Positions 1-8,912 of a DNA stretch of 41,200 bases are shown here, piece by piece (the stretch's first letter is position 1; the number at the start of each line of letters is the position of its first letter). The stretch lies in sequence record SRR20825010_1851. The stretch is one strand, 5' to 3'. The notes beneath the pieces were generated by a model, which saw nothing but the letters and a program-made list of their open reading frames with translations, was not told the DNA's origin and did not search any database. Made by a program: the position numbers and the translations under genes.

Positions 1-155
1 GTCGGCGCAGGAGTAGGTTCCGGCGTCGGCGCAGGTGTCGGCGGTGGTGTAGGTTCCGGTGTTGGTGCTGGTGTCGGTGATGGTGTCGGATCGGGGTCCG
101 GTTCAGGACTTGGATCTGGCTCAGGTTCCGGTGAACTTGTTACAGGGGTAGGTGT
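1..155 (-). repeat. Pro/Thr/Glu/Asp-rich coding repeat (PEPDP, PTPAPTPEPTP units)
   Basis: Recurrent ggtgtcgg / gtaggttccgg units on the + strand encode PT/PE repeats on the - strand. Confidence 0.9.
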
Positions 156-1736
156 CGCTGCTTGCGATTCTGTTGTCGGCAGGCCGCCGGAATTGTCCGC
201 GAACACAGCCACAGGATCAATAATCGGGGTTTCGATGCCCAGAACCCGTTCTACAGAAATATTTTCGCCCGCAGCTGGCGCAATACGTTCGATAAATTCA
301 GCAATCTCTTCCGCAAGTTCCTCTTCAATATCGTTGGAGGCTTCTGGATAGATAATTACCGCTGTTACATAAGTATCTTGTCCACCAAGCTGACGGAAGC
401 TGATACGGAGCGTACCGTCAACGACCTCAGCACGTGTAACGAGCATATGCCCCGCAGCAGGTGAACCGCCGCCACCACCGTCCGCTTGCATGAACGGCGC
501 AAAATCATCCAGTGATTTTGAAGCGCTGATAGACACGATTGAGGACGAAAGTCCTGTCATTATGCCGCCGCCAAATCCAAGGTTAGGTAGGGCGGTAAGG
601 TCTTTGGCACCACTCGTGATAATGGAGCCATGAGCGTCTGCCGAGAGCTGAAAATCAGATGTCGAAGAGTTTTGTGCTGTGGGCTCACCTTCTGGTTGGC
701 TAGTTGAAGGGGCATCCGACAGGCGTCCTGGGCCGCCACTGGATAGTTTCATCACAGGTACGAGATCGTCAGTCGCCCGTGTGTCAACCATATTGACGTT
801 ACCGCCATTTCGCTTCACATCCACACCAAATGGGTAGAGCGGCGAGCGACCGTTCGGCCGGGGCGCTGTCAGAATAACGACGCGGTAGCGACCGTTTGGA
901 ATGTTTGACGCAACAAAATGCTCCACGTTCCGAACGCCATTCGCGAGAATAGAAGGGCCTGCAGTTGCGGCTTCATCTTCCATTCCGTCACCAACAAGCA
1001 TCTTGCTGTCTGCGCCGACACGAGTGAATTTATCGTATGGTTCCCGGCTACTAGGCCCAAGGTCCCAACCCATCGCGCCATCTGTCAGCTTGAAGTTTTC
1101 ATCAAGCACAAATGGCGCCATAAAGGCGGTCCAGTGTGTGCGGGCACCTGCCTCAATAATCAGATTGGCCGCGTCAGAAATTGTTGCCAGATCATAATCA
1201 CCGGCAGCTTCTTCAATTTTTTCAAGCAAGGCTTCCATACGGGCCTTCAGGGCCTCATCGTCACCCATTGCCTGGTTCAGATAGGATTGAACGACCTGAA
1301 AGCCCCATTCGTCGACAGACAGCGCACCCTCAACAGCTTCCTCGAGCGTTACAGTCGGGAAGGTTTCGATGCGAGCCTCAACGGGCGACCGAATGAGATC
1401 AGCACTTCTGGTGCCTGTTAGGTAAAAATCTGACGCTTGTTCTGCCGCGGCATTTGCCTGCGGGGCGCTCTCTGACCCAGGTACAGCTGGGTTTGCAAGC
1501 GCAGGCCGCACGATACGCAGCCGACGTATGCCTGGTATTTCAACCGGCGGCGGTGTCGTCATTACATAGGTGGCCGGAGGTGGTAACAGGCCATTCCCAA
1601 TCACAGGAGGAAGCGTATCGTCGAGGATACTGAGCTCTTCATCCTCTTGGTACATGCCATATATCAGGGTGCCCGTCGCGACGGCGGTCCCTGTTAGCAG
1701 CGTGGAAATTACCAACGATCTATTGCTTTTAAACAT
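1..1736 (-). CDS. Large exported/surface protein (>=578 aa, 3' end beyond window) with N-terminal signal/anchor, putative carbohydrate-binding beta-sandwich and Pro/Thr/Glu linker; candidate PEP-CTERM exosortase substrate
   Basis: Hand translation from ATG at 1736 (MFKSNRSLVISTLLTGTAVATGTLIYGMYQEDEE...) stays open to position 3 and ends ...PEPEPDPSPEPDPDPTPSPTPAPTPEPTPPPTPAPTPEPTPAP. Absent from the ORF track because no stop lies in the window. Confidence 0.85.
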   Translation of the reverse strand, partial: MFKSNRSLVISTLLTGTAVATGTLIYGMYQEDEELSILDDTLPPVIGNGLLPPPATYVMTTPPPVEIPGIRRLRIVRPALANPAVPGSESAPQANAAAEQASDFYLTGTRSADLIRSPVEARIETFPTVTLEEAVEGALSVDEWGFQVVQSYLNQAMGDDEALKARMEALLEKIEEAAGDYDLATISDAANLIIEAGARTHWTAFMAPFVLDENFKLTDGAMGWDLGPSSREPYDKFTRVGADSKMLVGDGMEDEAATAGPSILANGVRNVEHFVASNIPNGRYRVVILTAPRPNGRSPLYPFGVDVKRNGGNVNMVDTRATDDLVPVMKLSSGGPGRLSDAPSTSQPEGEPTAQNSSTSDFQLSADAHGSIITSGAKDLTALPNLGFGGGIMTGLSSSIVSISASKSLDDFAPFMQADGGGGGSPAAGHMLVTRAEVVDGTLRISFRQLGGQDTYVTAVIIYPEASNDIEEELAEEIAEFIERIAPAAGENISVERVLGIETPIIDPVAVFADNSGGLPTTESQAATPTPVTSSPEPEPDPSPEPDPDPTPSPTPAPTPEPTPPPTPAPTPEPTPAP

Positions 1737-1921
1737 ACCTGTTACCCTAGCCCGATACGGCACAAATTAAATATAATTCAGATAACTTTATATGTTTGTG
1801 TGCTTTGAACCAAATACATTTTCCATGGCGCCGAGCTGCGACGTACGGTATAGGCTTGTCCGCAGTCAGAAAAAACACCTAAAGTTACCAGAACCCATTG
1901 TAAAACAAGGTTATAAATAAC

Positions 1922-2809
1922 ATGTTAACGGGCCGTCCCTTCGATGATCTCACGGAAATTATAATGCAACTTCCCGCAGGGGATGCCTGTGCAGAGCGTA
2001 AATTTCTTGTGAGTTGCAGTCATATCGGGTCCGAAAACGATGGTTTGGTACCTCTTGGTGCTTGGATTGCAGCCTGGCAAGGAAGTGCTGAACCCAAGAC
2101 GAAGGACACGCATATTTGTTTCATCGCGTCGTCATACGCTGGGGGCGGCGATCCTTCTGTGGTCAAAGAATATATAGCGGCGACCGCTAAAGGAAGGGCG
2201 CCGGTAAACCTCATGTGTGTGGAAAAGGGCATTGGGCTACGAGCTCTGGAAATGGCACCAGAGATGCCGCATGATCCAGCTCAAGACTGGCCTGAGGCAG
2301 ACTGCATGGCCGCTGTGGCTTTTGGAATGGAAGCGGCTGCTGCTGGCGGTGATGTGCTTGGTTTGGCGACTTATGCCCCAGGCAGTGATGAGCGCGCGAA
2401 GGCGGTTTTGAAATCCTTTTCGCCCGAAACCCTCAGAGCAAGAGATGGTACAACAGGCCAAGCGAAAACCGACCACGTACCGCTTGAAGCGCTCCGGAGT
2501 TTTGGTGGTCGTGAGATCGCGGGCGCGGTTGGGGCTTTGATTGCCGCCCGTAGCCGCAGGTTGCCAGTGTTGGCTGAAGGTTGGGCTTGTTTGGCTGCGA
2601 TAGCGGTTCTTGAGCAGATGATGCCAGGTGCCACAGACCATGTGGCTATAGCGGCGATGACAGACGGTGAGCAGGCGGATATTTGTGATCTATTGGGCAA
2701 GACGCCCATAATTGGACCAAGCATTGGTATTGGGCCAGGCTGCGCAAGTGCTGCTGCTGTATCTGTTTTGGCGGCTGCATGCCTCATCCCAAGTATGCCA
2801 GTTCGCTAA
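1922..2809 (+). CDS. CobT/CobU-like (nicotinate-nucleotide:dimethylbenzimidazole phosphoribosyltransferase fold) protein with degenerate active-site motifs
   Basis: N-terminal GRPFDD...LP, W-x-A-A-W-Q-G, LRALE, AxAFGMEA and LRSFGGREIAG..GALIAAR segments match alphaproteobacterial CobT. The LTKP, GEMGIGNT and RLGEG motifs are not conserved. Confidence 0.75.
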   Translation: MLTGRPFDDLTEIIMQLPAGDACAERKFLVSCSHIGSENDGLVPLGAWIAAWQGSAEPKTKDTHICFIASSYAGGGDPSVVKEYIAATAKGRAPVNLMCVEKGIGLRALEMAPEMPHDPAQDWPEADCMAAVAFGMEAAAAGGDVLGLATYAPGSDERAKAVLKSFSPETLRARDGTTGQAKTDHVPLEALRSFGGREIAGAVGALIAARSRRLPVLAEGWACLAAIAVLEQMMPGATDHVAIAAMTDGEQADICDLLGKTPIIGPSIGIGPGCASAAAVSVLAAACLIPSMPVR

Positions 2810-2868
2810 CCTGTTCATTTTTGAGATCATGCCCCGTCTCGGATATGTGATAGGCCTCGTGTATTCGC

Positions 2869-2881
2869 TATCAAGCACTTG
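2869..2881 (+). promoter_or_regulatory. Putative IHF-binding site upstream of first EPS block
   Basis: TATCAAGCACTTG is an exact match to WATCAANNNNTTR. Confidence 0.35.
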
Positions 2882-2955
2882 AACATTAAAATTCAAGAGC
2901 TTAGGGTTGAATTGTTTGGGGAGGTCGCCTTGGTTGAAGGGGTGGTAAGCCGGGT

Positions 2956-4353
2956 ATGGTTCGAATTTTTCGTCACTATGTGTCGCCAGTTAAGCTGACG
3001 CTTGCCTTAGTCGACCTTTTTTTGATCCTGACTTGCGTCGTACTGGCAGAGTATCTGCGGTACGCCGCGATTGGGTTAGAATGGTCGGTAGCGTTGGGTT
3101 ATGAGGCCTGGTTCGCCAAGTTGCTGGTGCCGGTTGCGGGAAGTTGTGCCTTGTTGGGGGTTGGTGCGTATCACGCTGACGCCATTCAGGATTTCAGAGT
3201 ATTCTCGTTACGCTTGGCCGTTTCCCTTGTTGTAACGGGGCTGTTCCTCTCTGCGGTGCTTTATATTCTGCCAATGTTGCCGCTTTGGCGGTCAATCCTT
3301 TTACTGTCACTCCTGTTGTCTGCGTTTAGCATTTTTGCCCTCCACGGCTTGTTTCAACTGTTTGGGCGTATGGACCTGATTGGACAACGCGTTCTTATTT
3401 TGGGGGCGGGGGAGGTTGCCAATGAGCTGCAACAATATGCAGCACGGGCACGTGAATCTGGCCTGAATATTGTTGATGTTATCGCACTTCCTGAAGAGGA
3501 AAGCGCTGTTACAAGTGCTACCAGCCTGGACGATATCAACACGCTGGATAGTTACGTGCGGGCTCGTGAAATCGAAATGATCATAATAGCTGCAGATGAA
3601 AGTGACCAAAGGCTACCTTTGGAGGCGCTCATTGCATGCAAGCTCTCGGGCGTCGAGATCAAGGATAAACTGTCATTTTATGAACAGGTCCGTGGGTACG
3701 TAGATATCCGGTCCGTCAGGTCGGAATGGATTATATTTTCGGATGGCTTTAAAGGTGGCACGGGTATCGAGCGGCTAGGAAAGCGCTTACTCGATGTAAT
3801 TGTAAGCTTGACACTTCTTGTCATCACGTTACCTATTATCCTCCTTGCTGCCGTTTTGGTGAAGGTCACCAGCAAGGGGCCGATTTTCTACCGCCAGCAA
3901 CGTGTTGGCTTGAATGGCGAGCCATTTGATCTTCTCAAGTTTCGAAGCATGAAGGTGAACGCAGAAGCTGAAGGTACGCCGCAATGGGCACAAAAAAATG
4001 ATCCCAGGGTAACGCTGATTGGCGGTTTTCTGAGAAAAACCCGTATTGATGAGTTGCCTCAGATTATCAATGTATTGAGCGGTGTGATGAGTTTTGTGGG
4101 GCCACGACCGGAGCGGCCATTCTTTGTAGATCAATTGGTGGATGAGATATCGCTTTATCGGGAGCGGCACTGCGTAAAGCCTGGAATTACGGGCTGGGCG
4201 CAAATACAGTACCCCTACGGGGCATCTGTTGCAGACGCGAAACGAAAACTTGAGTATGATCTTTACTATATTAAGAACTACTCCCTGTTTTTGGATTTGT
4301 TAATTATTCTACAGACAGTGCGGGTTGTTATATTTCCAAGTGGGGCTCGATAG
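2956..4353 (+). CDS. Priming polyprenyl glycosylphosphotransferase, XrtA/PEP-CTERM-associated (TIGR03013-like)
   Basis: N-terminal TM segments, VLILGAG Rossmann-like domain, C-terminal KRLLD, KFRSM, RKTRIDELPQ, SFVGPRPERP, VKPGITGWAQ and KLEYDLYY motifs. MVRIFRHY start is typical of the family. Confidence 0.93.
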   Translation: MVRIFRHYVSPVKLTLALVDLFLILTCVVLAEYLRYAAIGLEWSVALGYEAWFAKLLVPVAGSCALLGVGAYHADAIQDFRVFSLRLAVSLVVTGLFLSAVLYILPMLPLWRSILLLSLLLSAFSIFALHGLFQLFGRMDLIGQRVLILGAGEVANELQQYAARARESGLNIVDVIALPEEESAVTSATSLDDINTLDSYVRAREIEMIIIAADESDQRLPLEALIACKLSGVEIKDKLSFYEQVRGYVDIRSVRSEWIIFSDGFKGGTGIERLGKRLLDVIVSLTLLVITLPIILLAAVLVKVTSKGPIFYRQQRVGLNGEPFDLLKFRSMKVNAEAEGTPQWAQKNDPRVTLIGGFLRKTRIDELPQIINVLSGVMSFVGPRPERPFFVDQLVDEISLYRERHCVKPGITGWAQIQYPYGASVADAKRKLEYDLYYIKNYSLFLDLLIILQTVRVVIFPSGAR

Positions 4354-4357
4354 CATA

Positions 4358-7186
4358 ATGACATCAAATCTCTGCCGAAGATCCAGGTCGCCTAAGTTGG
4401 AGCAGGGTTGGCTTTCGCGAATTTCAGCAGCAGCATTGTTGGTAAGCCTGTCTGCGGCTACCGCACAGGCGCAATCGAACTACCCTGAAGCACGGGCTCT
4501 GCTCGAGCAGCAAAAGTACCAGGAGGCGGTTGAGCTCCTGCAGGCACGTCGCGACAAAGAGTCTGCCGATAGCGAGTTCTACCTGCTTCTAGCGCGGGCT
4601 TACCTGGAGACAGGCGCAGGCATTGCTGCTGAGGCTTCGATTGAGCGCGCTCGGCGCCTGGGCGCTGATTATGCGGGAACGGCTGTTCTTTTCGCCAAGT
4701 CTTTGTTGGTTCAGGGGAAATATGCGGACGCGTTGGCGGCTATTCGCGGGATAACGATCCCGAAAGAAGAACAGACGATCGCCTATATCATCGCAGGCGA
4801 CGCGAACTTTGCACTCAGGAATACCAAAGAGGCACGTCGGAACTATGAACTTGCTCAGAAGCAGGAAGATCATAGTTTTCAGGCATATCTTGGTCTCGCA
4901 CGGCTTGACATGCGTGAAGGTAAACTTCTGCAGGCTGAGGAAATGATCTTGAAGGCGGCCGAATACGGCAGCCAGAACACCATGGTGCAATATACCTGGG
5001 GGCTGATTGATCGTTACCTTGGCAAGATGGATGAAGCCGAGCGGCGCTTTCTAGAGGCGCGACGGCTATTCCCTGCCAATATTATGGCGAATATCGAGCT
5101 TGCTTCCATCCGGATCGACCAGGGCGCTCTTGATCAGGCAGAGCAATATCTGGATGCAGTTTATAGCGTATCCGCCAGCTACCCTATGGCCCTCTATTTA
5201 TCTAGCGTTATTCATGCGAGCCGGGGCGAGTTTGAGGAAGCCAATACGCTTCTGAATAGAGCTAGAAACATTACCGACAGCTATCTGCCAGCCATGTATG
5301 TTCGCGGTTTGGTGGCGTTCCAGCTCGGCAACTACGGTGTTGCAGAAAATCAGCTTGTGAAGGTATTGAATGCGCGACCTGCTAACCAGCCAGCGCGTAT
5401 GGCCTTGGCTGGAACATATTTGCGGCAATCAAGGCCGCAGGATGCTTACCGCACCCTTAGGCCCTTGTTGGATATTGGTAATCCGGAACCGAGTGTCATT
5501 GCCATGGCTGCCGCGGCGTCGATGGCGGCAGGGCAGCCGGAGCGCGGGCATGAACTTTATGAACTCCTTGCTGCTGACGAGACACAAACACCAGATGAGT
5601 TGGTTGATGGTTTGGCATCGAAGCTCGCACTTGCCCGCTACGTATCGGGCAATACCGAGGCCGCGTTTAATGCGATACTGACCCACCCCAGAACTGCAGA
5701 TGTCGATGCACGGGAACTTGGTGTGCTTGGTGGTATGCAGCTCAAGTCAGGCGACTATGAGGGGGCTGAGCTTACGATTAACAAAATGCTCACGTCACTT
5801 CCTGACCGTGCCCTTGGTTATAATATGCGCGGTACGCTTGAGTATCAGCGCGGCCAATATACAGCAGCGCTTGAGAGTTTCCGGGAAGCCATCAATCGTA
5901 ACGATGATTATTATACAGCTATTCGGAACAAAGCCCTGGCTGAGCTGCAGTTGGAGCAGTATGCGGAAGCTGAGCAGGATCTGAAAAATTTGCTCAAGTC
6001 TCAGCCCACGGATGCACGCGCTAAAGCGATGCTTGGTAGGGCGCTGCTGAGGCAGGAAAAGGGCGAGGAAGCGGTCACATATTTCGAAGAAGCTATTCGT
6101 GTGATGCCAAATGCCACGGAGATGTTGGCCGATTATGCAGATGCTCTTGCAATCGCGGGGCAGACAAGTAAGGCGATTGAGCAGGCGCGAGAAACCGCGG
6201 TACTTGCGGCGGACAATCCAGAACTGCTGAAGCGCATGGGGCTTTTACTGCTGCAGCTCAATCAGGCTCGCATCGCGGTACGCCCGCTTTCCCGCTACGT
6301 GGCGTTTAACCCGGATAATGGTGAGGCGCACATGATGCATGGGCGTGCGCTACTTTCCATGGGGCTGAGCACTGGCGCCAAAATATCGTTTGAGCGCGCA
6401 CGGAATGCGGAAAAGGCCAAACCTGATAATGCGACGGTAGCTTGGTATCTTTTTGCTGTTGATGCCTTCTCCGGGCGATATACAGAGGCGCTTCGTGGCA
6501 TGTCCCGGCTGGATATCGCGGCGCGGCCTGCGGATCTGAAATCGAGCCTGATCGGCGATACGCTCACCCGCGCAGGTCGCCTGGAAGAAGCCATCCTCGC
6601 CTATGAAAATGCGATTGCGGTCGAGACAACATCTGATCTCTCGGTTGGGTTGGCGTCGGCGCTTGAGGAGAGTGGGCAGAGGCAACAGGCCATTGAAAAA
6701 CTTGAAGATTTTGTGAAAAAAGAGTCAGGGGACCGAAACGCCCGCATGGCACTTGGTGGCATGTTTGAGCGGGCGGGCCTTCCTGCGGCGGCGACTAATC
6801 AGTATGAGGCAGTGCTGAGGGGTGGCATTGCAGATGCACATGTGATTGCACGCCTGGCACGCGCCTACCTTCGGCTTGGCAATGTAAAAAGCGTGCCGCT
6901 TGCGAAACGAGCTTATCTTATTCTGCCGGAAGATCCCTTTATTCTGGATATTTACGGTTGGGTGATGCTGCAGGCAAACCGGGACTCTGCGCTGGCGGAA
7001 AAGGCGTTGGAAAAAGCCACGCGCAGGGCGCCAGCAGAAGCGCAGTACCGCTACCATCTGGGTATGACATATCTGACCCAGGGGCGTCGTAGCGAGGCGC
7101 TGGAGACATTGAAGCAGGCTTTGCGGCTTAATCCGAATTTTGAAGAAGCGGATGAAGCAAGGCGACAGATCGATCTTCTGGAATAG
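4358..7186 (+). CDS. prsT: PEP-CTERM system TPR-repeat protein, PrsT-like
   Basis: ~940 aa of TPR-like helical repeats, signal peptide ending AQA, ILDIYGWV and YRYHLG C-terminal motifs, position next to the priming transferase. ATG at 4358 preferred over the upstream TTG. Confidence 0.8.
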   Translation: MTSNLCRRSRSPKLEQGWLSRISAAALLVSLSAATAQAQSNYPEARALLEQQKYQEAVELLQARRDKESADSEFYLLLARAYLETGAGIAAEASIERARRLGADYAGTAVLFAKSLLVQGKYADALAAIRGITIPKEEQTIAYIIAGDANFALRNTKEARRNYELAQKQEDHSFQAYLGLARLDMREGKLLQAEEMILKAAEYGSQNTMVQYTWGLIDRYLGKMDEAERRFLEARRLFPANIMANIELASIRIDQGALDQAEQYLDAVYSVSASYPMALYLSSVIHASRGEFEEANTLLNRARNITDSYLPAMYVRGLVAFQLGNYGVAENQLVKVLNARPANQPARMALAGTYLRQSRPQDAYRTLRPLLDIGNPEPSVIAMAAAASMAAGQPERGHELYELLAADETQTPDELVDGLASKLALARYVSGNTEAAFNAILTHPRTADVDARELGVLGGMQLKSGDYEGAELTINKMLTSLPDRALGYNMRGTLEYQRGQYTAALESFREAINRNDDYYTAIRNKALAELQLEQYAEAEQDLKNLLKSQPTDARAKAMLGRALLRQEKGEEAVTYFEEAIRVMPNATEMLADYADALAIAGQTSKAIEQARETAVLAADNPELLKRMGLLLLQLNQARIAVRPLSRYVAFNPDNGEAHMMHGRALLSMGLSTGAKISFERARNAEKAKPDNATVAWYLFAVDAFSGRYTEALRGMSRLDIAARPADLKSSLIGDTLTRAGRLEEAILAYENAIAVETTSDLSVGLASALEESGQRQQAIEKLEDFVKKESGDRNARMALGGMFERAGLPAAATNQYEAVLRGGIADAHVIARLARAYLRLGNVKSVPLAKRAYLILPEDPFILDIYGWVMLQANRDSALAEKALEKATRRAPAEAQYRYHLGMTYLTQGRRSEALETLKQALRLNPNFEEADEARRQIDLLE

Positions 7187-7194
7187 CTTTAAGA

Positions 7195-8385
7195 ATGGAA
7201 AGCAATAAATTGAATATATTGCTTTTTTCAAGCTTATTTCCCAACGCCGTTGATCCTGTTCTTGGCGTGTTTGTTGAGACACGAATGCGCCACTTACTTC
7301 AAGACACAGGGGTCAATGTAACTGTGATGGCCCCCGTGCCATGGTTCCCGTTCAGGGGTAAAGTTTGGGGTGGTTATTCCAAGTTTGCCCAGGTGCCGAA
7401 GGCAGAAGTGCGAAACGGGGTTTCAGTCGAGCATCCCCGGTTTCTCGTTATCCCCAAAGTGGGCATGGGCTTGACACCGAGCTTTCTCTACCAAACAGCA
7501 AAACGTGCGCTAAAGGCGCGGCTGGATGCTGGCGAAAAAATCGACCTCATAGATGCGCACTATTTGTACCCGGACGGGGTTGCTGCGGCAAAACTCGGGG
7601 AGACCTTTGGCATCCCTGTTGTAATGACCGCGCGGGGGAGTGATGTAACTGAAATTGGCCGTATGCCTGGGCCGCAGAGCTTAATCCTGAAAGCAATGGC
7701 ATCGGCGGCGCACACCATTTGTGTGAGCAACTCCCTGCGTGACGAGTTGATTTCCTTTGGGGCTGACGCGGGGAAAATCACCACTCTTAGAAATGGGGTG
7801 GACGCCGAACGCTTCAGGGAAGTGGAGCGCGAGAAAACACGCAAAAAATGGCAGGTTTCCGGGAAAGTTTCCTTGTTCGCAGGATGGCTTATTGAGCGTA
7901 AGCGCGTCGATATCATGCTGGATGCAGTCGCCAAGCTTGACGATGTGACCGCAGTAATTGCCGGGGAAGGACCGCTGCTGGCGGACCTTAAGGCCCAGGT
8001 GAACAGGCTGGGTATAGAAAATCGCACGCTCTTTTTGGGTAAGCAACAGCCGGAAGACATGCCATCCGCCTTTTCTGCTGCTGATGTGCTTGTACTGCCC
8101 TCTGAACGTGAAGGTTGGGCAAATGTTTTACTAGAATCAATGGCTTGTGGTACACCGGTGGTGTCGCGCGCGGTTGCTGGCGCGCTTGATCTGGTAACAT
8201 GCGATGAAGCGGGTGTGTTGGTGGATGGTGATGACCCTCAACTCTACGCGAATGCGATTGATAAGGTGGTGTCTGCGCCGGAAAATCGTGATAAAACAAG
8301 ACGGTATGCGGGGGCATTTGGATGGCGGGAGATATCCCTCGCGCAGGAAAAAATCTTCAAACGGGCCGTCAGCGAATATAACTGA
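7195..8385 (+). CDS. GT4 family glycosyltransferase
   Basis: SSLFPN, IDAHYLYPDG, TARGSD and LPSEREGWANVLLESMACGTPVV (EX7E) motifs. Confidence 0.92.
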   Translation: MESNKLNILLFSSLFPNAVDPVLGVFVETRMRHLLQDTGVNVTVMAPVPWFPFRGKVWGGYSKFAQVPKAEVRNGVSVEHPRFLVIPKVGMGLTPSFLYQTAKRALKARLDAGEKIDLIDAHYLYPDGVAAAKLGETFGIPVVMTARGSDVTEIGRMPGPQSLILKAMASAAHTICVSNSLRDELISFGADAGKITTLRNGVDAERFREVEREKTRKKWQVSGKVSLFAGWLIERKRVDIMLDAVAKLDDVTAVIAGEGPLLADLKAQVNRLGIENRTLFLGKQQPEDMPSAFSAADVLVLPSEREGWANVLLESMACGTPVVSRAVAGALDLVTCDEAGVLVDGDDPQLYANAIDKVVSAPENRDKTRRYAGAFGWREISLAQEKIFKRAVSEYN

Positions 8386-8469
8386 TACCGAGTAGTGACG
8401 GTTTTGGAGCTTGGCGTAGCGCTGTTTAATCGCTCGGATTATGCGCGCAGCGTATGTTTTTATTAGTGA

Positions 8470-8547
8470 ATGTGTGGCATAAGTGCGGCGAGTCTGAGGC
8501 GCGAGTGTGCGTGAAAGTGCGGCGGGAGTGCGGCGTAAAGTGTGGCG
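8470..8547 (+). repeat. Degenerate direct-repeat array, ~7 copies of AGTG(C/T)GGCG at ~11-12 bp period
   Basis: Exact AGTGCGGCG at 8482, 8516 and 8527; AGTGTGGCG at 8539; degenerate copies at 8470, 8491 and 8504. Confidence 0.7.
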
Positions 8548-8886
8548 GTGAGGCCGGGTAACGGAAGTCGGGATATCTGCCTGTTCAAGGCTGCTCATTG
8601 AAGCTGATGACAAGGAACTGATGTGTTTGAATCTTTATACTTTCTGTTTTTCTGTTGCTTGATAGCGTTCATTATTTATTGGGCATTGAAGAATGATGAT
8701 CAGGAAACGTTTTTGAATGGACCTGTAAAGGGTCCCAATGGAAGCGACGAGAGCGAGACATAATAGTAGTACTGTACTAATTTCTCTTGGGAATCTAACG
8801 CTTAGCAACGCAATAATCGCTTGATTTTAACCGTCTTGCCTTGGCATAGTGTACTCAAGAATACTTGGGAAGCCTTTAGGCTTATT

Positions 8887-8899
8887 AATCAAGGGTTTA
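8887..8899 (+). promoter_or_regulatory. Putative IHF-binding site upstream of second EPS block
   Basis: AATCAAGGGTTTA is an exact match to WATCAANNNNTTR. Confidence 0.35.
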
Positions 8900-8912
8900 A
8901 AGGAAGCATCAG

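Noticed and set aside
267-284. IAPAAG hexapeptide after an acidic helix in the left-edge protein
   Set aside because: Reminiscent of a short motif I recall from alphaproteobacterial secreted proteins, but a single copy cannot be supported without a search.
162-1770. Several short ORFs listed by the track (e.g. 162-464, 918-1421, 1570-1770)
   Set aside because: All overlap the continuous minus-strand frame starting at 1736, which has a coherent protein-like sequence.
8470-8560. Repeat array as CRISPR
   Set aside because: Units are 9 bp with only a few bases between them, and no cas genes are present.
8137-8613. 158-aa minus-strand ORF spanning the repeat array
   Set aside because: Overlaps the GT4 gene antisense by ~250 bp and has no recognisable motif; the repeat period is not a consistent multiple of three.
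8841-8857. TTGGCA as a sigma-54 -24 element before wza
   Set aside because: The -12 position reads TC instead of the required GC.
8885-8900. TTAA...TTAA as a CtrA box upstream of wza
   Set aside because: Spacer is 8 bp rather than 7.
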